From Patescibacteria group bacterium (lineage in GTDB: Bacteria; Patescibacteriota; Microgenomatia; UBA1400; PJMF01): DNA of 64,000 bases. Positions within the stretch are counted from its first letter, which is position 1; every line of letters starts with the position of its first letter. Of this stretch, positions 20,223 to 30,413 are shown piece after piece. Made by a program: the position numbers and the translations under genes. The notes beneath the pieces were generated by a model. The model did no database searches, was not told the origin of the DNA, and saw nothing but the letters and a program-made list of their open reading frames with translations. The stretch lies in NCBI GenBank assembly GCA_041747555.1, contig JBGTEY010000008.1:3557-67556 (forward strand), in the 5' to 3' direction.

Positions 20223-22784
20223 CTAGATTGTAAGGACGAAGGAATTGTTTTTATAATCGGCAATGACCAAGCCTCCATCTGATACCTGACCAGAGATGAT
20301 CTTGGTCGCGAGTTCATCGAGTATGCTGTTTTGGAGTAGCCGTTTGAGCGGTCGTGCTCCGAATACTTCATCATATCCGGTTCGAGAAAAATACTCGACC
20401 GCGTCATCCGTCACCTTGAGTGAAATCTTTTTCTGGGCGAGCCTTTTTTCAATTTCTTTTATCTGTAATTTCACAATTTCTTTGATTTCCTCCTGGGTGA
20501 GTGGCTGGAAAATAATAATGTCATCGAGCCGATTGATGAATTCTGGTTTAAATGCTTGTTTGAGATGTTCTTGTACGGCTGCGAGTTGGGCGTCAGGATT
20601 ATCTGCATGCGCTGCAATCTCTGAACTCCCCAGATTAGAGGTCAAAATAATGATGGTGTTTTTAAAATCAACGGTGCGACCCTTACTATCAGTAAGTCGT
20701 CCGTCATCAAGAATTTGCAGAAGCACATTAAAAACATCAGAGTGCGCTTTCTCAATTTCATCAAAGAGGAGCACTGAATAGGGGTGTCGTCGAACTGCCT
20801 CGGTGAGTTGCCCGCCTTCTTCATATCCCACATATCCTGGGGGCGATCCAATCAGTCTGGCCACCGCATGTTTTTCCATATATTCGCTCATGTCGATTCT
20901 GATCATCATTTGCTCGTCGTTAAATAAGAAGTCGGCTAATGATTTTGCGAGCTCTGTTTTACCAACACCCGTTGGTCCAAGAAACAGAAATGACCCAATC
21001 GGCTTGCCCTCTTCTTGAATTCCCGCTCGAGAGCGACGAACAGCGTTGGCTACAGCCATGACTGCTTCCTTTTGACCAATTACTCTTTGACCAAGAATTT
21101 CTTCTAGCTTTGTTAATTTTTCACCCTCCTCTGTCAGGAGTTTTTCTACGGGAATGCTCGTCCAGCGGGCGACTATGCTGGCAATGTCGCTTTCAGTGAC
21201 TTCTTCTTTGAGGATCTGTTGGTCTTTTTGAAGGGTATTGAGTTCTTTTTGTGCCTCTTCGACTCCTTTTTGAAGTTGAGGAATCTTGCCATAATTAATT
21301 TCTGCTACGCGCTGTAAATCAAGATTTCGCTCTGCTTGCGTGGCTTCTTCTCTGAGGGCATCGAGTTCTTTGCTTGATTCTTTGATCTTGTCGATGATTT
21401 TCTTTTCGTTTTGCCAGTGAATTTCTAATTGACGGTACTCTTCATTGAGCTCAGATAATAGTTTTTCAATAACTTCTAGGCGATCCTTGGAGCTAGTATC
21501 CTTTTCTTTCTTGAGTGCTTGTTTTTCAATTTCAAGCTGGCGGATTTTTCGCTCTAACTCATCGAGCTCTGCTGGTTTGCTATCAATTGCAATTCGGATT
21601 GCTGATGCTGCTTCATCCATCAAATCAATAGCTTTATCTGGTAAGAAACGATCTGCAATGTATCGATCTGAGAGCTCAACGGCGGCCACGATGGCGTTGT
21701 CGCGGATGCGGACCCCGTGGTGAGCTTCATATTTTTCTTTGATACCGCGCAAAATTGAGATGGCGTCGTCAATGGATGGCTCCTCTACCATCACTGGCTG
21801 GAAGCGTCGTTCGAGGGCAGCGTCTTTCTCTACATATTTTCGATATTCTTTAAGTGTGGTGGCGCCAACTGTTCGGAGTGATCCGCGGGCGAGCGCGGGT
21901 TTTAGCAAGTTGCCGGCGTCAGTTGAGCCTTCTTGTGCACCAGCACCCACAATTGTGTGAAGTTCATCTATAAAGAGGATAATTTCACCTTCAGCGGATT
22001 CTATTTCTTTAATAACTGCTTTGAGGCGGTCTTCAAATTCCCCCCTATATTTTGCGCCAGCGATGAGGGCGCCGAGGTCGAGGCTTAAAATACGCTTGTG
22101 TTTGAGAGCGTCTGGAATGTCGCCGTCAATGATTTTTTTTGCCAAGCCTTCGACGATTGCAGTTTTTCCAGTGCCTGGCTCTCCGACGAGTACCGGATTG
22201 TTTTTAGTTCTGCGGGACAGTATCTGGGTGATTCTTCTGATTTCAGCGTCACGACCGATGACGGGGTCGATTTTTCCGTCTCGCGCGAGTTGGGTGAAAT
22301 CGATGGTGTATTTTTCGAGCGATTGATATTTGCCTTCTGGGTCTCGATCGGTGACTTTTTGTGTACCGCGGACGTCTTTGAGAACGTCGCTCACCTGTTT
22401 TTTGGTTACATCGAATGATTTTTTGATTTCTGATTGGTCTAGCAGCGCTAATAAGAGGTGCTCGGTGCTGACATACTCGTCTCTGAGCTTGCCCGCTTCG
22501 CTTTCTGCGTTTGTGAAAACGGCATTGAGTTCACGTGAAAGCTGTGGCTGGACGCTTTCAGACAATGTGGGTTGTTTGGTGAGTATGTCTTTTATTGATT
22601 GGGCAACTTTTGTCGGGTCTGTGTCTAGTTTTTGTAAAATTGAAGGCACGATTCCACCAGGCTGATTGACCAGCACAAGCGCCAAGTGCTCTGGTTGAAT
22701 TTGAGCGTGTGAAAGTTTGTTTGCTAACTCGAGTGCACCCTGGAGGGCTTCTGCGGATTTGGTGGTTAGTTTTTGGAGATTCAT
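20223..22784 (-). CDS. clpB: Chaperone/disaggregase ClpB
   Basis: Two AAA modules ([16 protein letters not shown]), DPVIGRD, long coiled-coil M domain, [11 protein letters not shown]; start at MNLQKLT. Confidence 0.97.
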   Translation of the reverse strand: MNLQKLTTKSAEALQGALELANKLSHAQIQPEHLALVLVNQPGGIVPSILQKLDTDPTKVAQSIKDILTKQPTLSESVQPQLSRELNAVFTNAESEAGKLRDEYVSTEHLLLALLDQSEIKKSFDVTKKQVSDVLKDVRGTQKVTDRDPEGKYQSLEKYTIDFTQLARDGKIDPVIGRDAEIRRITQILSRRTKNNPVLVGEPGTGKTAIVEGLAKKIIDGDIPDALKHKRILSLDLGALIAGAKYRGEFEDRLKAVIKEIESAEGEIILFIDELHTIVGAGAQEGSTDAGNLLKPALARGSLRTVGATTLKEYRKYVEKDAALERRFQPVMVEEPSIDDAISILRGIKEKYEAHHGVRIRDNAIVAAVELSDRYIADRFLPDKAIDLMDEAASAIRIAIDSKPAELDELERKIRQLEIEKQALKKEKDTSSKDRLEVIEKLLSELNEEYRQLEIHWQNEKKIIDKIKESSKELDALREEATQAERNLDLQRVAEINYGKIPQLQKGVEEAQKELNTLQKDQQILKEEVTESDIASIVARWTSIPVEKLLTEEGEKLTKLEEILGQRVIGQKEAVMAVANAVRRSRAGIQEEGKPIGSFLFLGPTGVGKTELAKSLADFLFNDEQMMIRIDMSEYMEKHAVARLIGSPPGYVGYEEGGQLTEAVRRHPYSVLLFDEIEKAHSDVFNVLLQILDDGRLTDSKGRTVDFKNTIIILTSNLGSSEIAAHADNPDAQLAAVQEHLKQAFKPEFINRLDDIIIFQPLTQEEIKEIVKLQIKEIEKRLAQKKISLKVTDDAVEYFSRTGYDEVFGARPLKRLLQNSILDELATKIISGQVSDGGLVIADYKNNSFVLTI

Positions 22785-22858
22785 GACGTACTTCTCGCAA
22801 TTGGTTCGTACTACAACTGTAATTGTAATAAAGAACACTATTTGTGTGAAGTAGCAAA

Positions 22859-22885
22859 TTAGCAGTTACAATGCATGATTGCTAA
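22859..22885. promoter_or_regulatory. CIRCE element upstream of clpB
   Basis: TTAGCAGTT-N9-GATTGCTAA, correct 9-nt spacing, 3 mismatches to consensus. Confidence 0.8.
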
Positions 22886-22906
22886 TGAGCCTTTCTATCG
22901 ACTATA

Positions 22907-22935
22907 TTGACAGATATAATGTTATAGGATAAAAT
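22907..22935 (+). promoter_or_regulatory. Near-consensus sigma70 promoter
   Basis: TTGACA-17 nt-TAAAAT, about 230 nt upstream of the ORF at 23166. Confidence 0.7.
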
Positions 22936-23078
22936 TATTTTGTACCTCTAGCTCTATCTAACTACGTAAAAATACATGCTATTTGACACGCGGATGAATG
23001 AGCGGGGTACCTGTACCTTAACAAGTGAGTGATAAGAATAATTAAGAAGCAAGTTGCTCCGATTTCTCTATCTCTTTT

Positions 23079-23132
23079 ATTTGTGGTGCGCGATGATTAC
23101 TGAAATTTCAGTATTTATCACGCACCACAAAT
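23079..23132. repeat. 54-bp near-perfect palindrome without a spacer
   Basis: 27-nt arms match at 24/27 positions; outer ATTTGTGGTGCG/CGCACCACAAAT and central TACTGAAATTTCAGTA are perfect. Confidence 0.9.
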
Positions 23133-23165
23133 GAGTGGTGTAACAATCACAATAGGAGTCCAAAA

Positions 23166-23825
23166 ATGAGAAAGATGTTTTTGCTACTAGTAGCAGCAAT
23201 TCTGGTCATGCTAGCTGCATTGGCCAGAAGCGCAGAAGAACCAGTTCGGGGGCAGACGGAGAGTTCCTTATGCCTCCCCGTAGTTGCCAATCAGCGTGAG
23301 CTCGATTGGAATTACGGGTACGACGGTCGGGAAAAATCCCACAATGCCGTCTTACCTGAAGAGTTTATAGGTTGGTCACTATTCAGCTCCTGCGAAAGTG
23401 GGAAGTTGACCAGTGAGGTAGCATCCTTCGCCTCAAAGGGCTGGGCGAGGTTGCCCTACGGAGCAGGTCCAAACTGTTTCGGAAAGCTTTCCAATCCCGA
23501 TGGAGAGGTGGTATACACCTTAAACCCACAGGGCTGGCTCAAAGCCAGCGGGGAGCTGGTACTGGTCAGTCCAGTACCAAATGTCTGGAATCAAGTCCAG
23601 ACATGGAAAATTGAGGGAGGCGTGACGCCCTTGAACACGCAAGCAGTAGTGGTTTTCTGGGAGAGGAACTTGCACGAAGTAGTATTCCTGCAAAACGGAA
23701 TATTTACCTTCGCGCCTCCACCTGAGGCGAGCAACTGGATGTCAACTTTACTGCGGCTCAACATAGGCGGAGACACCTATCTCTCCGAATATGTAACGCT
23801 TGGGGGAGCCCTCCCCCCGCCCTAA
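23166..23825 (+). CDS. Hypothetical secreted protein
   Basis: AGGAG SD, signal peptide (MRKMFLLLVAAILVMLAALARSA), own terminator; no family recognised. Confidence 0.75.
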   Translation: MRKMFLLLVAAILVMLAALARSAEEPVRGQTESSLCLPVVANQRELDWNYGYDGREKSHNAVLPEEFIGWSLFSSCESGKLTSEVASFASKGWARLPYGAGPNCFGKLSNPDGEVVYTLNPQGWLKASGELVLVSPVPNVWNQVQTWKIEGGVTPLNTQAVVVFWERNLHEVVFLQNGIFTFAPPPEASNWMSTLLRLNIGGDTYLSEYVTLGGALPPP

Positions 23826-23855
23826 GATATCACTCACTTATAGAATAGGTATAGT

Positions 23856-23893
23856 AGGCCCCCGTTGATGAAAACTTCAACGGGGGCCTTTTT
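23856..23893 (+). terminator. Rho-independent terminator
   Basis: AGGCCCCCGTTGA/TCAACGGGGGCCT stem followed by a T run. Confidence 0.88.
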
Positions 23894-23908
23894 GTGGTCT
23901 TTAATTCC

Positions 23909-23943
23909 ACTAAAAAAGCACCAATTTCTTGGTGCTTTTTAGT
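23909..23943 (-). terminator. Intrinsic terminator of the 16S transcript (bidirectional-looking)
   Basis: AAAAAAGCACCA-loop-TGGTGCTTTTT hairpin with A/T runs on both sides. Confidence 0.8.
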
Positions 23944-24097
23944 AATTTCAAAATGACAGGTTTCTGTGTTATCAGAAACACATACGATGGTAAAAACCGA
24001 CCTAGGTATGGTGGCCATAGGGATTTTTTTGTTTGTTTCAAAGCAATTACTCGCTTTGGGAAACGGGAGGTCGTGAGGTCTCCCACCCATCTCCTTA

Positions 24098-25587
<1,490 letters not shown>

Positions 25588-25763
25588 AATTTATTAGCGT
25601 TATATATTAATTGATTAAAATCAATTGGATTTCACTGTTAACCTGCGAAAGAGATTCGCAGGCGCTATTTGGATAGGTGACCCAAATAGCTAAGAAATTG
25701 AACGGTTTCTACCATCGTATGTATTACTGATGATAAATTCATTCTGTCATTGTCAATATAAAC

Positions 25764-25775
25764 TGTTAAAGAACC
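25764..25775 (-). promoter_or_regulatory. boxA antitermination element in the rRNA leader
   Basis: GGTTCTTTAACA versus consensus TGCTCTTTAACA, located just before the 5' arm of the 16S processing stem. Confidence 0.7.
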
Positions 25776-25881
25776 ACACGCAGATGCTGGCTACTGTGTA
25801 GGCCAGGGGTTCATCTTACTCATGTTTGAAAACCTCCGGTGATGAGTATCTTGCAAGCAAGACTTTATCAGGAGAATGATT

Positions 25882-25909
25882 ATTATAGCAAAGAATTTTT
25901 GTTTGCCAA
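25882..25909 (-). promoter_or_regulatory. Probable 16S rRNA promoter overlapping the mnmA 3' end
   Basis: TTGGCA-16 nt-TATAAT with extended TG; the -10 box contains the mnmA stop codon. Confidence 0.7.
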
Positions 25910-27016
25910 GGGTGTAGATATGACTCCCCCACCAAGACAAATGGTTGCATTTTCTGATTCACTATATAGAACTGCCGACTGCCCGGTGGCGATACCTTTA
26001 GTTGGGGAACTGAGCGCGACTGTTTTGTCTTGGAGCGTGCAGGGAATGCGTTCACCGGTGTGGCGGATTCGCACAGTTAGCTGCGCATCTGTTTGCGGGT
26101 TATTTTGACTGATCCAATGTATATCTTCTATTTTAAACGACTCCCTCAATGTCTCACTCCCAAACCCAACCACCAGCTGGTTCAATTCAGAATTTTTTTC
26201 TATCACATAAAATGGTGGAATATTGTGCTTATCTATAGTAGTACCATCTTCTGCCGTGATAGCCGTTGTTGCTTCTATAGTGAATCCGTGTCTCTGACCA
26301 ATAGTGTAAAACCACAATCCTGTATGTGATCCAATCACATTTCCAGAAGTATCAACGACATCTCCTGGATTTTCACCGAGTCGGTCTTTGAGAAATCCAT
26401 GCACATTGATATCGCCAATGAAGCAAATTCCAACTGAGTCTTTTTTATCAGCTACATGAATTAACCGAGTCTTTGCTTCGTCTCGCACTTGATCCTTGGT
26501 AAGCTCTGCTAGAGGAAAAATAGTATGCGCAAGTTGCTGGGCATTTAAAACATACAGAAAATACGTCTGGTCTTTGTGTGTATCTACCGGAACGCAGAGC
26601 TGATTATCTACAATTTTTGCATAATGCCCGGTCGCCACAAAATCAAATCCCTGCTCCATCGCCCAGTCATAAAACAATCCAAACTTTATTTCTTTGTTGC
26701 AAAGTACATCTGGGTTTGGCGTTCTGCCTTTTTGATATTCGTCAAAAAAGTTTTCTACTACTTTCTCTTTATATGCATCTTTAAAATCAAGAACTTGAAA
26801 TGGTATATCAAGTGACAGCGCGACTGCCAAGGCATCTTTTCGATCTTGATCTGTTCTGCATCCGGGCGCGCGCCAGCATTCCATAAAGACACCAGTTACA
26901 TCATATCCCTGCTCTTTGAGCAAGTGAGCGCATACAGAAGAGTCAACACCACCAGACATGCCGAGTGCGACTTTCTTCTTTTTTGAGAGTGTGTTTGGTT
27001 TTGTTGGTGATTTCAT
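25883..27016 (-). CDS. mnmA: tRNA 2-thiouridylase MnmA
   Basis: GMSGGVDS, TPNPDVLCN, ATGHYA, KDQTYFL, DSVGICF, TIGQR. Confidence 0.97.
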   Translation of the reverse strand: MKSPTKPNTLSKKKKVALGMSGGVDSSVCAHLLKEQGYDVTGVFMECWRAPGCRTDQDRKDALAVALSLDIPFQVLDFKDAYKEKVVENFFDEYQKGRTPNPDVLCNKEIKFGLFYDWAMEQGFDFVATGHYAKIVDNQLCVPVDTHKDQTYFLYVLNAQQLAHTIFPLAELTKDQVRDEAKTRLIHVADKKDSVGICFIGDINVHGFLKDRLGENPGDVVDTSGNVIGSHTGLWFYTIGQRHGFTIEATTAITAEDGTTIDKHNIPPFYVIEKNSELNQLVVGFGSETLRESFKIEDIHWISQNNPQTDAQLTVRIRHTGERIPCTLQDKTVALSSPTKGIATGQSAVLYSESENATICLGGGVISTPLANKNSLL

Positions 27017-27104
27017 TTGATCCTATATTGTACCAAATTAATTGCTGCTGCCCATGTACCAACAGTATCCCCAGCAGTATAATGCACCAAATATCGAACC
27101 GACC

Positions 27105-28529
27105 ATGAAAACGAGCGTCCTTATCAAACCTAATTCATTTCATGCAGAAAAGCATTGGTACCCCAAGGCTCTCAATGCGCAAATTCATCCAGCAGTTTCT
27201 TTTTTTATGCATCTTGGCAATGAGCGAATTGCCACCAGATATGCTCATCTGAATCCAAAAGTAGATAAACAAGCATTACTTGCAATCCTGTCTCACCGCA
27301 CTAAATATTTTAGGTGGGGTGGTACAGATTTGATGAGAACGGTGACTGCAAGTGGTCGTTCGCGCATGGTTGTGATCGAAACAAACTCATGTCCCTCTGG
27401 TCAAAAATCATTTCCGGTACTCAACGACAGTGATGAGCAAGGTGGTTATCGTCGATTAATTGAGTCAACATTTCTTCCTCAAGTTACAGCGCACAAGGCA
27501 AAAGGTGAGTTGGCAGTTTTTTATGACAAAAATGAAATGGAGGCTGAGGGGTATGCGGCCGCCATGGCTGATGTATTTAATGAAAATGTTCACCTCATTG
27601 AATGGCATGACGAACCGGAATCTGGAGTAAGAGTTAAAGCTGAGACTATCGAGGTATATACTTCTGAAAAAACATGGATCCCAATCCGCGCAGGATTTCG
27701 TTACGTTACGCAGCGCCCATGGAATCGAATTCCTGTACAAACAAAAACACTGTTGCTCAATCCCATCATCAGTTGTCTAGCAGGCGGTCGAAATAAACTA
27801 GTCGCTGCCAAAGCCTACAACCTCTTCAACGCCGAGCTTAGTGGAAAAGGCCTAGAAATAGCTACTCCAAAAACAATTTGGGACGTCAACAAGAATGAAG
27901 TTAGACTCTGGGTAAAGCAGTTTGGAGGCAAAGCGGTAGTCAAAATACCTTATGGGAATGCAGGCCAAGGTGTCTACCCCATTACTTCAGAACAAGAACT
28001 CGATGATTTTATGAGTCTAGATTTTTCGTACGATAAATTTATCGTACAAAGTCTCATTGGAAACTACAACTGGAGTTCATCTACCGAAACAGACAAATTT
28101 TATCAAACAGGAACCATCCCCAGTGCCAAAGGTAATACCTTTGTCTTTGACCTCAGAATGATGGTGGTAAATGGTAAGGAAGGCTTCTCACCAATGGCCA
28201 CATATGCCAGAAAAGCCCTCATCCCCATGACCGACACGATCGCTACTGGGCTCGATTCAAGAGAAATGCTGATCACTAATTTGTCAGGAAAACTACCAGA
28301 TGGCACATGGACTACCGATACTTCAAGATTACTCCTCATGGATAGAAAAGATTTCAATCGATTAGGTATCAGTCTTGACGATTTAATCTCTGGATACATT
28401 CAGTCGGTGTTGGCGGTGACCGCAATTGACAACATGGCGCAACAGCTTATTTCTACCAAAAAAAAGTTCAAACGAAAATTATTTGCTTCACTCAACGACG
28501 ATGACCAGCTACTTCAGGAAATACTCTGA
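27105..28529 (+). CDS. Uncharacterised circularly permuted ATP-grasp protein
   Basis: GTDL...VIETNSCPSG lies N-terminal to VVKIPYGNAGQGV, FIVQSLI, FDLRMMV and TNLS; start at MKTSV, TATAAT at 27078. Confidence 0.7.
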   Translation: MKTSVLIKPNSFHAEKHWYPKALNAQIHPAVSFFMHLGNERIATRYAHLNPKVDKQALLAILSHRTKYFRWGGTDLMRTVTASGRSRMVVIETNSCPSGQKSFPVLNDSDEQGGYRRLIESTFLPQVTAHKAKGELAVFYDKNEMEAEGYAAAMADVFNENVHLIEWHDEPESGVRVKAETIEVYTSEKTWIPIRAGFRYVTQRPWNRIPVQTKTLLLNPIISCLAGGRNKLVAAKAYNLFNAELSGKGLEIATPKTIWDVNKNEVRLWVKQFGGKAVVKIPYGNAGQGVYPITSEQELDDFMSLDFSYDKFIVQSLIGNYNWSSSTETDKFYQTGTIPSAKGNTFVFDLRMMVVNGKEGFSPMATYARKALIPMTDTIATGLDSREMLITNLSGKLPDGTWTTDTSRLLLMDRKDFNRLGISLDDLISGYIQSVLAVTAIDNMAQQLISTKKKFKRKLFASLNDDDQLLQEIL

Positions 28530-29428
28530 TGAAAAAAATGTCCCTGTGGTTTTGTCCTATACGCAATCCACAACCATATGAGCATGACCGCATTCTTGAG
28601 GAATTGAGTCAACTCGAAATTGATTTTAAAGAAGTGCAGCTGAACGATGTAAAACTCCAACTTACATCGAATCGTTCTGAACTCTATTTAGATGATCAGA
28701 AATTGGAATTTCCTGATGTTGCTTGGGTGAGAGTTGGACCACTGTATACCAATGCGTATGAGCGAGCAGTGGCGACAGCACTTGAGTCAAATGTGCATCT
28801 CTGTATTAATCCTCGAGTAGGCAGGATGATTTCTGATCAAAAATTTTGGACGTTGCAGGTGCTTTCCAGACATAACATTCCTATTCCAAAGACAATTATC
28901 ACTCCACTCCCGTTTAGTGCGCCTAATATTGAACAAGAATTGAAGTATCCAATGGTGCTCAAACCAGACCAAGGCGCTCGAGGACTCGGCGTGATGCTTA
29001 TAGAAAACAGAAAACAGCTCCAATCAGTTGGTGGTTTGCTTGAATATTTCAAAACAGACGAGGCAATTGTTTTGCAGGAATATATTGCTTTTAATCCGGG
29101 GAGCGATATTCGGGTATGGGTATTGGGAGACAAAGTTTTGGGCGCTATGAGAAGAACTTCATCTGGCGATACCTTTACCAGTAATTTTTCTGCTGGGGGT
29201 AACGTTGAGAAGGTTGAAGTAACGGAATTTATGACAGACATTGCCCTTCGCGCAACAAGTGCTCTTGGATTAACAATTGCAGGAGTTGATCTTCTTGAAA
29301 CTCAGGATGGATATGTAGTGTGTGAGGTGAATGCAAACCCTGGCTTCAAGGGCTTTGAACGAGCAACGGATGTCAATGTTCCACGAGAAGTGTTGACATA
29401 CTTGTTAAACAAATTCCAAGAAAAATAG
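28529..29428 (+). CDS. RimK-family alpha-L-glutamate ligase
   Basis: IPIPKT, VLKPDQGARGLGV, LQEYI, DIRVWV, SNFSAGG, AGVDLL, CEVNANPGFKG; start overlaps the upstream stop (TGATG). Confidence 0.92.
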   Translation: MKKMSLWFCPIRNPQPYEHDRILEELSQLEIDFKEVQLNDVKLQLTSNRSELYLDDQKLEFPDVAWVRVGPLYTNAYERAVATALESNVHLCINPRVGRMISDQKFWTLQVLSRHNIPIPKTIITPLPFSAPNIEQELKYPMVLKPDQGARGLGVMLIENRKQLQSVGGLLEYFKTDEAIVLQEYIAFNPGSDIRVWVLGDKVLGAMRRTSSGDTFTSNFSAGGNVEKVEVTEFMTDIALRATSALGLTIAGVDLLETQDGYVVCEVNANPGFKGFERATDVNVPREVLTYLLNKFQEK

Positions 29429-29438
29429 TGGAAGTGAA

Positions 29439-30413
29439 TTACTCGATCTCAATTTGATCAAAACTATTCTCTTTGCCAACATCGATTATCATTTTGGCGT
29501 ATTTCGCGGGATCGGTTATGAAAAAACTAGGGAGTTGCGGTTCAAAGTTTGGATTTAGTGTTTGAGCTGCTGAAACATCCTCGAGAGCCATCTTGCCGTA
29601 GTATAGTTGCGTGCAATCAAAATTATGCTGATTGAGCCATTTCCAGACATGAACCATGCCTTCGAAATAGACTTGGTCTTTGGTATATCCTCCAGGGAGA
29701 CTGGTATCTTCCTGCCCTCTTTTTTGTCGAACGGCCACCCGCCACCTCTGGTCTGGATCATAAATATATTTGGTAAGCACTTTCCATAAATCAACGAATG
29801 AGCTAGTTTGGGCGGTGTGAACCCCGACGTATCGGATGGCTGGAATATATGCAGATTTGTATGTTCTTGGTAGTAATGCGTGCAGTGACGCAAGACCTTC
29901 TTCAGTTGTCAAATACGACCCAAAACCATACTGCTTTTTTTTCTGAAACCATGGTTGTTGTTCGTAATTTACTCGACGAAGAGCATGGGTACCAATCTCG
30001 TGATACAGCATCCCACGCAAACCTTCTTTTCGAAAAGAAACAGGGAGGCGAAGTTTAATTGTACTGGTATTAATTGTGGTTCTGGCGACAAATGATGATG
30101 ACCAGACCTGTTCATACCGATCTTCTAAATTATGCATTTCAAGAAAGGTCGTGATCATATCTGAAACCTGTTGTTGGGATAATTCTGGTCCCTCGAGCAT
30201 TTCCAGATCCTGTTGATTTCTCCCAAAATAAGTTTTATTCAAAATTACTTGTGCAAGCTGGACCAAGTGTGGTTTGGGTAGGCCATATTGTTGCAATTTT
30301 TTTTGTGAAATATCGGTGTTATATTTAAATTGAGGATTGTAGGACTGATCCTCAAAAAACTTCGCCTTTTCCTCATGAATATTAACTGGTGTGATATCGC
30401 TGAGAAAGCTCAT
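29439..30413 (-). CDS. DUF1704 / MATCAP-like zinc carboxypeptidase
   Basis: YNPQFKY, HEIGTH (HExxxH), TEEGLASLH, RQKRG..DTS.PG..TKDQVY.EG. Confidence 0.85.
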   Translation of the reverse strand: MSFLSDITPVNIHEEKAKFFEDQSYNPQFKYNTDISQKKLQQYGLPKPHLVQLAQVILNKTYFGRNQQDLEMLEGPELSQQQVSDMITTFLEMHNLEDRYEQVWSSSFVARTTINTSTIKLRLPVSFRKEGLRGMLYHEIGTHALRRVNYEQQPWFQKKKQYGFGSYLTTEEGLASLHALLPRTYKSAYIPAIRYVGVHTAQTSSFVDLWKVLTKYIYDPDQRWRVAVRQKRGQEDTSLPGGYTKDQVYFEGMVHVWKWLNQHNFDCTQLYYGKMALEDVSAAQTLNPNFEPQLPSFFITDPAKYAKMIIDVGKENSFDQIEIE

